64,000 bases of DNA from Eledone cirrhosa (taxonomy: Eukaryota). The notes below the pieces were generated by a model. It saw nothing but the letters and a program-made list of their open reading frames with translations, was not told the origin of the DNA and did not search any database. This document shows positions 1 to 15,343 of this stretch, one piece after another (position 1 is the first letter of the stretch; each line of letters begins with the position of its first letter). A program made the position numbers and the translations under genes. The DNA lies in NCBI GenBank assembly GCA_964016885.1, contig OZ024741.1:279372001-279436000 (forward strand), written 5' to 3'.

Positions 1-288
1 TGGTTTCCATGAACAATTATTAGTTAGTTTCTAAGGAAAATACTGCGAATGTCGGGACCACAAATGCCGAGGGTACACTATATACTTATACACTCATACA
101 TTTATACATATATACACATATACACTCTCACACAGCCATTTCTCTCTTTCTCTGTCTCTCTCATACACAGTCATCGCTCTCCCTCTCTATCCTCACTCAC
201 TCTCCCCCTCTCTCTCCTCACTCACTCCCACCTCTCTCTCTCTCAATAAATTAGAAATGTAACAATCTATTTTTCTTAATTTTAACAG

Positions 289-405
289 ATTGAATCAGGC
301 AGCAGTAATGTCCGTGTGGGAAGCCTCATATTTGGGGCCCGTTCATATCCCGCTAAAGCTCAAGGAGACAACTTGCTCTCACACAAAGAGGAACAATCAA
401 AATGA
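289..405 (+). CDS. PLPBP: Terminal coding exon of pyridoxal-phosphate homeostasis protein (PROSC/YggS family)
   Basis: Pyrimidine tract + AG at 287-288. Phase-0 translation IESGSSNVRVGSLIFGARSYPAK...SK* matches the YggS/PROSC C-terminal motif GSTxVRxGSxIFGxRxY. TGA at 403-405. Upstream exons lie outside the window. Confidence 0.88.
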   Translation: MESGSSNVRVGSLIFGARSYPAKAQGDNLLSHKEEQSK

Positions 406-850
406 TAAAGCTTAATGAAACAAGTAATTCTCTATTAAGTAAGCTATATTATTTAGAACACTCTTCCCATTTGACTGAAGTATGAAGACAAGAGCCATTT
501 TAGAATACAACAATTAGATTTACGATCTGTTTACTACAACAAACAACAAAAACAAAAGGATGAAATTTAGTTGTATTGGGGGGGGAGTAAATCCTTTTTT
601 TTTTAACCAGATATTGAAAGTTCTGTGTTTTGATTTTTATACATAACTGTAAATTCTATGATAAATGTGTTAACCCCTTCAAGACCATGTTTTTAATGAA
701 ATACAATTTCTAGGGAGTTGTAACCAGCAGATAGTATCAACAATTGGAAAGACCAATGGAAACATTGTTTCCTTGGTCTGATCTGATGAATTCCACCCCC
801 ACTCGGTAAGCGAATAATGTCTGGGATCTTGTTGGTTCAAATATTAAGTT

Positions 851-990
851 AATAATAATTGTTTCTACTTTAGGCACAAGGCCAGCAATTACCCAGTTCA
901 TTACTGGTACTTTATTTCATCGACCCCGTGAGGATGAAAGGCAAAGTCAACCTCAGCGGGATTTGAACTCAGATCGTAAAGGGACGTGTA
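851..990 (-). mobile_element. tRNA-derived SINE with Meta/MESC-like core
   Basis: Reverse complement of GTTCAAATCCCGCTGAGGTTGACTTTGCCTTTCATCC...GGGGTCGATGAAATAAAGTACCAG; same family as 1381-1570. Confidence 0.75.
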
Positions 991-1380
991 ATGAAACATT
1001 TGGAAGGATTTAGTAAAAATAACTAATTTCTGTATTATGAAGTTACTGTTGAAACATAAGATACCAGAAAGTGCATAAAATAAAATTTAAAGAGCTGTTT
1101 TTTAAATTGAAATTGAAATATCTTAAAGACAGTTTTATATCATATTATAGAATTAGGGGCAGTTTAGTATTAAAAGAGTTAAGGTCATCTAGTACACTCT
1201 TAGTTGAAGTATTTGAGTAAATTCCAAATAACTAATTTAGATGGAAATTATGTTTATCAATAATTTACAAATCACTGGTAGTACTTAACTCTTTAATTAC
1301 CTTAATTCTAATTATAAGACATTGTATATAATTTTCAAATAATTTTTATATAATGAAAAATTAACTTTCATTATTAAACT

Positions 1381-1570
1381 GGTGGATTGGCAGTATCGTT
1401 AGAGGGTTGGACGCCATGCTTTGCAGCATGGAGTTACGGGCCTTTACGATCTGAGTTCAAATCCCGCTGAGGTTAACTTTGCCTTTCATCCTTTCGGGGT
1501 CGATAAAATAAAGTACCAGAAATGCACTGGGATAATTGCTGGCCTTGTGCCAAAAGTAGAAACAATTATT
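1381..1570 (+). mobile_element. tRNA-derived SINE with Meta/MESC-like core
   Basis: B-box-like GAGTTCAAATCC, core GCCTTTCATCCTTTCGGGGTCGATAAAATAAAGTACCAG and (ATT) tail. Related copies near 5960-6130, 7415-7535, 8430-8650(-), 47945-48355, 50515-51260 and 52075-52280. Confidence 0.8.
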
Positions 1571-1653
1571 AAACTGGTGTTTGGAGCATAATATACCAAA
1601 GATTCTTACATACAATTATGAAGGAATATTTTTAGATAATATAAACATTTTAA

Positions 1654-1881
1654 CCCTTTCATTACTAGATTTCTAATGAAAGACAATGCCTATGATTTGA
1701 AAATAATCAAGAATTTGGAGATATTTATGTTCTTTTTTGTTATTTAGTTGGTGTTTGAAGCATAACCTAACAAAGGTTCTTAGATACAATTATGGTGAAA
1801 GGATTTTAGATAAATCTTTAAAACAAACAGTTTTGTAACATAGAACTAGGAGCAGGTTCAGGTGGTTTAGTATAAAAAGGG
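1654..1881. mobile_element. piggyBac-like MITE relic
   Basis: TTAA|CCCTTTcatTACTA ... TAGTAtaaAAAGGG|TTTTAA imperfect TIRs. Related interrupted copies start at ~674 and ~1290. Confidence 0.45.
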
Positions 1882-2899
1882 TTTTAAAAAAGATACTATG
1901 ACACCACTAATTTTAACCCTAAAATCATGTGAAACTAGGCTATAAAGAATAAAGAAAACTCATGGTCAAATTCACTTATTTGCTGACTGTATAGCAACAG
2001 TTAAACCCTTGTCTACTGTAGAAAAGGTTTGGGATTAAAGACATGAACCCCTAAATATTTTAAGCTACCTCAGCATCAGGGTAAGTTCAAGGGATGTACT
2101 TCACTCTTATTACAGTTCATCAGCTCTCATTTATTATAAATATGAATTCATAGTTTGTTAGTGCTATTGACAATACTGTTACTGGTTTCAATCATTAGAC
2201 TGTGGCCATACTAGGACACCACCTTAGAGAGATTTAGTTGATAATATTGACTCCAGTGCTTTTGGGGGAAACCAGGTAGTTATAAATCTCTTTTTGTTGA
2301 ATTGGTAAATTATGACACATAAACACAGATACAGACAACATAATTGTAAGTACAGGCATGGACATACATACACATCATCAACATCATCACTATTTTAATC
2401 TGTTTTCCATGATAGTATAGGTTAGAGTTAGACAGGTGATCACCTTTTGTGACGAGACATATCAAATGACTATGTCTTGCTCTAACATTCCATTTAGGTT
2501 CTACAGCTGGATACTCTAACAACAACTATTCTACAGATTGTAGTAGGTGCATTTTATCATAGTACCAACACTATCACTTTACAGAGTAAACTGGATGCTT
2601 TTATTGTGGCATATTTACATATGCATATGTGTGTGTGTGTATATATATGTATATATATGTATGTGAGAGGAGATTACGTTGGTATGTGATGTGCATGAAA
2701 GACGACAGCTGTATAAAGAAAAGTGCAGGGTGATCAAAATTGATGGATGCAATGGAGTAGGTAGACCCAGAAAAACTTGGGACAACATGATAAAATCTGA
2801 CCTTGCACACTTACACCTCTCTCAGACAATGTCACTGGATTGAGACCTTTGGTGCTACACAGTTATACAGAAGACCTACCTTCCCTTATTTACGAAATT

Positions 2900-3295
2900 A
2901 AACCTACAGTTAGTAGGCACCTAACCAAATATACACCCCAACCCATGACCCCTATTCCATCCTCTCATTTCCACCCACACTACCCTTTCTCTGTAAAGTT
3001 ATGTTGGTACCACAGAACATCCAGTCCACACTAAAGTTGTCGTGTAAGTGTCACGACAAAAAGCACCCAGTCCACGCTGTAAAGTGGTCATGTAGGAGAT
3101 ACGGTAAAAAGCTCCCAGTCCACACTATAAATGTGGTTGGTATTAGGAAGGGCATCCAGCTGTAGAAAACCTGCTAGATACAATTCTATACAAGTGAGAC
3201 ATGGTCACCCAATCGATCTTGCTTCAAGTGGGACAATTCATGTCTAACCCATGCTAGCGTGGAAGATAGACATTAAAAGATGATGATAATCATCA
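2900..3295 (+). mobile_element. Diverged copy of the RTE-A 3' UTR (non-autonomous or extremely truncated)
   Basis: Shares GTAAAGTTATGTTGGTACC, AGGAAGGGCATCCAGCTGTAGAAAAC, AACCCATGC and the (GAT)n tail with 34680-35178. Similar minus-strand copies at ~4950-5335, 48980-49385 and 61595-61975. Confidence 0.7.
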
Positions 3296-3549
3296 TCATA
3301 TATATATTTAAAAGTGGGTTAAAATTTCATACAAATCATCAAAGATTAAAGGTAAAAAGTAAAAGTGAAAAAGCACAGGGATATATTTTAAAATTATTTT
3401 TGATTTAATCTGACGGAATGAATATTTTTATAATTGTTACATTAAATGGGTTGTCAAATATTACTGGGTTTGATTAATATATAAATTTGTCCTCATATTC
3501 TGTGGGCAGTTAAAACACACACAGATATATATATATTTATATATATATT

Positions 3550-3700
3550 GTAGGCTTCTGCAGTTTCTGTCTATCAAATTCTCTCACAAGACATTGGACA
3601 ACCCAAGATTATAGTAGAAGATCATGCTGAAGATGTCATACAGTGAGACTGAACACAAACCACATGGTTGTGAAGCAAAATCTTTTACTACTAGCTATAT
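3550..3700 (-). mobile_element. Diverged tRNA-derived SINE (second family)
   Basis: CAGTTTCTGTCTATCAAATT...TATAGTAGAAGA...ACCACATGGTTG recurs at ~50362-50495. Confidence 0.55.
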
Positions 3701-4213
3701 CTGTAACAAATCTTTAAAAAGCTATTGTCTTTCCTACCTCAGCATCTGGATGTATATGAGCAACTGCTGACAAACTGTAACAACAGTGAAATATCATCTA
3801 TCATTCTTAGTTTGATACTGAGATAGCTGTGATATGATTGCAACTTAGACACTCACAGCAAGACTATGTGTATGTTTATTATTCATAAACATATAGTATG
3901 TCAGTTCATATTGTGAATCACGCTGTGTTGGTGCTATTGCTAATTAAAATGCTTCTGTGCTACTGGTGTACATGTGAAGGTTTCAAGTAATGAATGTCTT
4001 TAATTGACTAAAAATGATACAAAAGAAATTTACAATTCAAGGTATTGTTCAAAGAAAGATTTTTCTGTTTAAATTATTTCAATAACATATTAGTTTTCAT
4101 GGAATAAAATATTGATTTGTTTTGATTTATTTTTATTTCTCTCTCTGATTTTTTTTTATGTAAAACGAAATAGTTTTGGTATGTTTAATTACTGTTTATC
4201 AGCTGGTAAATAA

Positions 4214-4566
4214 GGCTGGGGTTGGTTTATATTGTGTGGGATTACCTGAGGCTGGAGTTGGTTTATATTGTGTGGGATTACCTGAGGCTGGAGTTGGTTT
4301 ATATTGTGTGGGATTACCTGAGGCTGGGGTTGGTTTATATTGTGTGGGATTACCTGAGGCTGGAGTTGGTTTATATTGTGTGGGATTACCTGAGGCTGGA
4401 GTTGGTTTATATTGTGTGGGATTACCTGAGGCTGGGGTTGGTCTATATTGTGTGGGATTACCTGAGGCTGGAGTTGGTTTATATTGTGTGGGATTACCTG
4501 AGGCCAGAGTTAGTTTATATTGTGTGGGATTACCTGAAGCTGGGATTGGTTTATATTGTGTAGGAT
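4214..4566. repeat. 36-bp minisatellite, ~10 copies
   Basis: Unit GCTGGAGTTGGTTTATATTGTGTGGGATTACCTGAG repeated in tandem. Confidence 0.97.
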
Positions 4567-5640
4567 TCCAACATTCTGGTACACTAAACTACATACAAGT
4601 TGACTAAACTATTTGAAACCCTGAAATATGATGTTAATGGTTTGATGAAATGTTTTTAAAATGTTGAAAATAAAACAAGGGATTTGATTATTTTTTTTTA
4701 GATCTGTCTTTTTCTTTAAAATATCCACATATAATAATTGTATAGTGTTTGCAGTCTGAGAAGACCACAATTTAAGGTGGTACTTGATATGTGATGAGAT
4801 GCAGAATGGGTATATTGATGAGGTGGAATTCCAATGGAAAACTCAGCTTTTTAAACTTGGTTCTTCAGGTAATAGAAATACTTCTGAAACCAAATTGAAA
4901 CAGTTGCGTTTGCTGAGGATTCTACCTTTCCAATAAAACACAATAATTCATCATCATCATCAACACCACCACCGTCATCACCATTTCATGTCTATTTTTC
5001 CATGCTTTATGGATTAGGTTGTTACGTTATGAGACAAGTCTGGTCAAGAGACCACTTCTTGCTCATGCAGATCTGTATTTTGGATTGGTTTCTACATCTG
5101 GATGTCCTTTCTAACACCAAAGGCTTTACAATATGGACTGGGTGCTTTTTATCATAGCACCAAAATGGTCATCTAATAGGGTGGACTGGGTGCTTTTGCA
5201 TCATGTTACCAGAACGACCACCTTACAGAGTGTACTGGACACTTTTTTCGTTGTCACCAGCACAACCATCTTACAAAATGGACTGCACACTTTTTCTGTC
5301 ATGTTACTAGCACGACCACCTTACCTATTTATTTTCTGTGACACTAAGGAGTTGTGTTTTGTGTATCCCTTGTTTTATACCAAGTTCTTAATTACTACCT
5401 TCCTACAAATCAAGTAAGACGGCTTAGTGGGTGATGCCAGGATTTCATGTGCTCTCTCTCTAAATAAACAACAAAAATAGATAAATATATGTTAAATAAA
5501 TCATAACTATATCAACCGTTAGACTTTAGATGGGAACAAAAATCGAGTCGGTAATAAAAAGGCTTATAGAAAATATAAGGTCTAAGATGGATTGGTGGGA
5601 AAATCAGTTTAAGTGTCTAAGCAGTAGAAAAGAACACAGC

Positions 5641-5805
5641 GTGGAAACTTCTGGTGTCCTTAGCCCTAGGACCACTTCCCTACTCACCATCATCGGCACA
5701 GAGTTGGGTACCCGCAGGTGTGAGCCTCACGAGCTGGAATGGCTCGTCTCACTCGTCATCCTCCAGGGAAACGCCTTCTCTATTCTATCTGGGGCAGCCA
5801 ACACG
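5641..5805 (+). pseudogene. Relic of the restriction-like endonuclease C-terminus of a CRE-type non-LTR retrotransposon
   Basis: VETSGVLSPRTTSLLTIIGTEL...EPHELEWL-VSLVILQGNAFSIL resembles the CRE terminal pattern ETxG...L..LG..L....RE..FL.QR.S..IQRGNA.SI. Confidence 0.55.
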
Positions 5806-6473
5806 TGGGCTGCTATTTGCATATAATAGCAGGAAATGGGGAGAGACGAGGCAGTGACAGTGGACATTTAGTTCCATTCTGTTTGGACTTGGTGTATATG
5901 TATATATTTATTTATCACACCACAATATATAAAAACATCTTAATTGCCGGAACTTAGCGTAAAAGAAGGCTGTAGTTAATGAGTTTAAATTCTGCCGCTG
6001 TCAACTTTGCCTTTCATCTTTGCGGGGTTGATATAATAAAATACAAGTCAAGTGTACTGGGATTGATTTAATCAAATTTGAACTTATCCCAAAACTGCTT
6101 GTCTTATGCTAAAATTAAAAGCAATATTTTTTAATCAATTGAATTTTTTATTTATTCATTAATGAGGTCAGGTTGGTGTCATTGGATGGATATTTGGTTG
6201 CTATTTCTAGCTATTCCAGCGATTAAGTGGAGGCTTCCATCGTTAGTTCGTTCTTACAAATTTCAAAATTACCCACTCCAGCTAGGAATGTCATTCGAGA
6301 AGCAGCCATTTCGACAGGCTGGCGAAACAGGAGCTTTTTTTCATTCAACACCGTTTGTCGAAAGCTATCATTTTGTGTTGATGGCAATGAAACATGTCAC
6401 ACGATCAGATTCATACAAATCTATAAGTTTGCTTATTTTAGTGTAATGATATAAATGTTTCATTGACAATACA

Positions 6474-6479
6474 ATGACG
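6474..6479 (+). CDS. Candidate first coding segment (Met-Thr) of the macrodomain gene
   Basis: ACAATGACG|GTAAGT: ATG with A at -3, consensus donor at 6480, phase 0 matching the acceptor at 56853, in unique non-repeat sequence. The linkage is inferred only. Confidence 0.4.
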
Positions 6480-6669
6480 GTAAGTCTTCAGTATTTCCTG
6501 ACATATATATTCGTTGTTTTCTTTTTACATTACTGTTGCATTTTTCGTTATTTTTAGTTCTCTTACTGTTGTTTTCACTTTCTGTTTAATTTGTCTACAT
6601 CTTCAAGGGAAAAAGGAAGTTAGGTATTTTTTAAAGAATCTTGTTAACATACACAAAATTAACAATTGT

Positions 6670-7045
6670 TACTAAGAGGGGCTCTCGACCTTCTACAAAT
6701 AGCAGCCAAATGTTCCTTAAATCACACCCAAATGTATTCAAAGGGGAAGGACTCATTACTGCCTAAAAAGAAAGAAATAGCATTTTTACAATTGAGTCGC
6801 CTTTCATCATTCGTTATTAGTTTTAAAAAAATAGTTAATGTCTGTCCCAAACTCAGGTCCATCAGGCTGGTGTTCATCACGGTTTCATCGGCGTGAAGCA
6901 ACACTGAGAATACATGACTACCTTCGACTGGGATGACACCAGTAAACCTCCAGTTACTGCTGGTATTCATATATTGTTGAATGGACTGAGTGACGTGAAA
7001 TAATGTGTTTTGCTCAAGAACACAACTCATCATCCTGTCCTAGAA
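6670..7045 (-). mobile_element. Diverged SINE-like repeat
   Basis: GTGAAATAATGTGTTTTGCTCAAGAACACAAC matches the core of the SINE at 24172-24204. Confidence 0.5.
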
Positions 7046-7955
7046 TCCAGAAATATTTTAATATATTTATAAGATACAATAAGAAAATGGGAAATAGATT
7101 CCACTAATATTATTAGACCTTACTTATTTTCTGTAAAAGATGTCAGTAAATAGACTAGTAAATAATTCTGTTAATTATTTCCCTCCCTGGTGATTATGTA
7201 AGAAATCTTAGTCATTATTAATTTATTGATCGCCCCTTCTATCAGCTGTTTCACACTCAAACTAATGGTTTTTATGACTAAAAAGTAAAACATTATTTTC
7301 GTGAATAGGAAGCTTCGGGGCCCGTTGTTGTGGCGTGTAATTGAGTGTACGTCTCTTCTTCCCTATTATTTCCCATCCTCTTTTTTATTAAATACTGTAT
7401 ATATTTGAATAAACGACGAGTTGGCAGAGTCGGACAGAATGCTTTGGGGTATTAGTTTCGTTTCCTTAAGTTTAAATCCCGCTGAGGTCAACTTTGCCTT
7501 TCATCCTTTCGAGGTGGATATAAAAAAGTACCAGTCTAGTTTGTAGGGTCGATTCTTCTTCTATAGCTCTTTCTCACTTCCTTTCTCTCATTCTCTATCC
7601 TTCTCTGGAAGAAATCTGCTCTATTCAGACCTTTAGAGGGGATGGGCTCCGCCAGGTTTAGAAATGCCATATGTAGTAAATACGGTGCCCCTACTACCCC
7701 CTAAAGAGTTACGGGACCATGCATGCATTTATCTGCATGAACTTACTCCGGGGTCGAACTTTCACCTGCTAAGGCCCTACTCTAAAAAAATTCGGGTAAA
7801 AGAATTTAAAATAATTATACATTTACATAGTTTCTTTTTTTTTTTTTCATATTAATGTTAATGATAAATAATATATATATATATAATTTTTGGTGATTTA
7901 ATGTTAAAGAATAAAAACTAATGATAAAATTTAAAAAATATATTTTAATAAAATG

Positions 7956-8123
7956 CAGACCTGTCAACTCTCACTTGAGGGTGGGTGAAAGATGTCTTCT
8001 CTCGTGAAAATAGGTATAGCTTTCATTATGTAAAATCTCCACATTTTGCCTCATTTCTCTCCGTTTTGAGGCACTTTTTTTCATGGTGCTCCCCGTTTGA
8101 GTTTTTAGAGGTTGGCAGGTATG
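7956..8123. mobile_element. 168-bp MITE (hAT-like)
   Basis: TIRs CAGACCTGTCAACTC / GAGGTTGGCAGGTATG, with direct repeat AAAATG on both flanks (7950-7955, 8124-8129). Confidence 0.65.
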
Positions 8124-8766
8124 AAAATGTGGCCCCCGATGGTGTGTGGACCTAAGCTTTAGCTTATAGGTAAATCCAGCACTGTCTTATCCCTTATATA
8201 AATTGTAACTCAAAACTAATTCCTACAACTAATCCTAACCTTAACCCTAACACATATTTGCAATGTAAAATTGTTGTTGGTTTGTTGAGACGAGCAGTAG
8301 AATAAACTACGATAATATGAAACAACCAACTTACTTTTAAGAGGTTTAACTGTAGACAGCTTGGAGGATATTAGTTGGTGTATCGGGCACAACTGAAACC
8401 TAAGAGCCATATCTTTCACAACGTAACGTCGTAATAATGGTTTCTGATTTAAACACAATGCTAACAATTTGAAGAGAAGGAGAAAGTTAATTAAATCGAC
8501 TCCAGTGCGTTACTGATACTTTAATTTTATTGACCCCGTATGGATGAAAGGCAAAGTTAACCTCGACGGGAGTTGAACTCAGAACGAAAAGGGATGTCAG
8601 TACAAGCCACAAAGCATGTTGTACGACGCTCCACCGATATTGGCCATCCATCGCCCTGTAATGTAATAAAATAAAATACCAGTTAACTACTTGGGTAAAT
8701 GGTATTTCACATATTTTCATTATATATATATATATAATGAAAATATGTGAAATACCATATATATAT

Positions 8767-9664
8767 CATCATCATCGTTTAACGTCCATCATCCATGCTC
8801 GCATGGGTTTGGACGGGAGTTTTCCTACTTGAGGCAAGAGTGGTTGTCTTGCTCGCATAGGACTGTCTGACGGGTTTTCTACGGCTGGATGCCCTTCCTA
8901 ACACCAACCACATTTACAGTGTGGAACTGGGAGGTTTTTACCGTGTTACCTACACGGCCACATTACAGCGTGGACTGTGTGTTTTTTTTGTCGTGACACC
9001 CACACGACTTCGTTTGTTTCGGGATGGATGTTGTGGTACCAACATAACTTTACATTGAAAGGGGTGGTGGGGGTAGTGGGACGGGGGTGTATTTTGTTAG
9101 AGGTGCCTACTGACTGTAGTAGGTTTCACTTTGCACTTAGGCAAGGCGGGTCTTCTCTATTACTGTGTAGCGCCAAAGATCTCGGTCCAGTGACATTGTC
9201 TTGGAGAGGTGTAAGTGTGTGAGGTCGGAATTTATCAAGTCGTCCCAGGTTTTTCTGGGTCTGCCTACTCCGTGGCTACCGTCTATTTTTATTGCCCTGC
9301 ACTTTTTTGATAGAGCTGTCGTCTTTCATGCGCATCACGTGACCATACCAACGTAGCCTTCTCTCGAGTAAACAACATCTGATCCCTCTTATTTCTAATT
9401 TCTCCCTTAGTTTGTTTATGCTTTGCCGTTCACGTATATTACTATTACACATCCAGCGGAGCATGCAAGCTTCGTTCCTCTCCAGTCTGCGTATATCCTC
9501 TGCACACCGTGCCCAGGTCTCACTGCCATGTAACATTGCTGTTCGTATGCAGGCATCATACAGCCTGCCTTTTATTTTTAGAGAGAACCCTTTAGCGGCC
9601 AATAGTGGTATAAGCTCTCTGAACTTTTTTCCATCCCGTTCTGACTCTAGCTACTGTACTTTCA
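8767..9664 (-). mobile_element. RTE LINE family A, 5'-truncated
   Basis: ORF2 C-terminus [20 protein letters not shown]...[12 protein letters not shown], 3' UTR and (GAT)n tail. Both ends lie in TA tracts. Confidence 0.93.
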
Positions 9665-9680
9665 TATGTATATATATATA

Positions 9681-10032
9681 TCATCATCATCATCATCATC
9701 GTCGTTTAACGTCCATATTCCACGCTTGCATGGGTTTGGACGGGAGTTTTCCCACTTGAGGCAAGAGTGGTTGTCTTGCTCGCATAGGACTGTCTGGTGG
9801 GTTTTCTACGGCTGGATGCCCTTCCTAACACCAACCACATTTACAGTGTGGAACTGGGAGGTTTTTACCGTGTTACCTACACGGCCACATTACAGCGTGG
9901 ACTGTGTGTTTTTTTGTCGTGACACCTACACGACCTCATTTGTTTCGGGATGGATGTTGTGGTACCAACATAACTTTACATTGAAAGGGGTGGGGGTAGT
10001 GGGACGGGGGTGTATTTTATTAGAGGTGCCTA
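9681..10032 (-). mobile_element. RTE-A 3' UTR-only copy
   Basis: Near-identical to 8767-9110; (GAT)n tail. Confidence 0.9.
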
Positions 10033-10040
10033 TATATATG

Positions 10041-10104
<64 letters not shown>

Positions 10105-10127
10105 CATATATGTATATATATACATAT

Positions 10128-10560
10128 AGAACACACATAGAACACACACACACATAGAACAAACAACCAACCAGTAACATGTAAATAAACAAATAGATAA
10201 ATGAACATAAACACACACAGACACCCGGATGTGACGCATGCGCAGACTGAGCACAAAACACACACAGAGAAACAAAATGGCGTAGGACAGAACAAAGGAG
10301 AGGCACAGAAACAAAGAAAGGAGTCCCCAGTCACTGAAGAGGTCACAAAGTGTGTGACGAAAGAACTATGACTATATATAAACTATCTGGTTGTGGAACC
10401 AACCAACCAACCAGAAATTTATAAATATATGATAAATTGAAGTGAATGCAACTGGTGCGTGTGTTTCTTGTTGGCAACATGACCCTCCCAAAGTATAACA
10501 ATATCGGTTTCAACACACGATTTCAGATAAAGAATCTTGCTAAACAAATTCAGAAACGAA
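10128..10560 (+). mobile_element. ORF-less hammerhead-containing element (Penelope pLTR/retrozyme-like) between TA arrays
   Basis: Contains a hammerhead at 10329-10373. Its downstream segment CAACATGACCCTCCCAAAGTATAACAATAT is shared with minus-strand copies at 61213 and ~62930. Confidence 0.65.
10329..10373 (+). ncRNA. Type I minimal hammerhead ribozyme
   Basis: Stem I AGTCA/TGACT; core CTGAAGA; stem II GTCACA-aagtg-TGTGAC; GAAA; minimal stem III; predicted cleavage CUA^ after 10368. Confidence 0.8.
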
Positions 10561-15172
<4,612 letters not shown>

Positions 15173-15343
15173 CGAATTTTGTTTATCGTGAACTCGTGCG
15201 CCGATTTTTCGATACTCGATTATTCTACTATATATATGTATATATATATATATGTATAACTTTGAATAACTTTGAAATGTTTTGGCCAGTATTGGCCCAG
15301 GCCATGTCTAACTTAATAGCACCACCTGGCGAAGTCTTTCAAT

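Noticed and set aside
4176-4607. ORF with AGVGLYCVGLPE repeats, or a CRISPR-like array
   Set aside because: Head-to-tail 36-bp minisatellite with no unique spacers and no cas genes. The ORF is a by-product of a unit length divisible by 3.
6162-6454. ORFs 6162..6446 and 6227..6454 as genes
   Set aside because: No recognisable motifs; more likely promoter or 5' UTR sequence ahead of the donor at 6480.
8232-8252. Telomere-like CCTAAC/CCCTAA motifs
   Set aside because: Only about three degenerate units; not a telomeric array.
15173-15230. Short island between TA tracts as another hammerhead
   Set aside because: No CUGANGA/GAAA arrangement on either strand.
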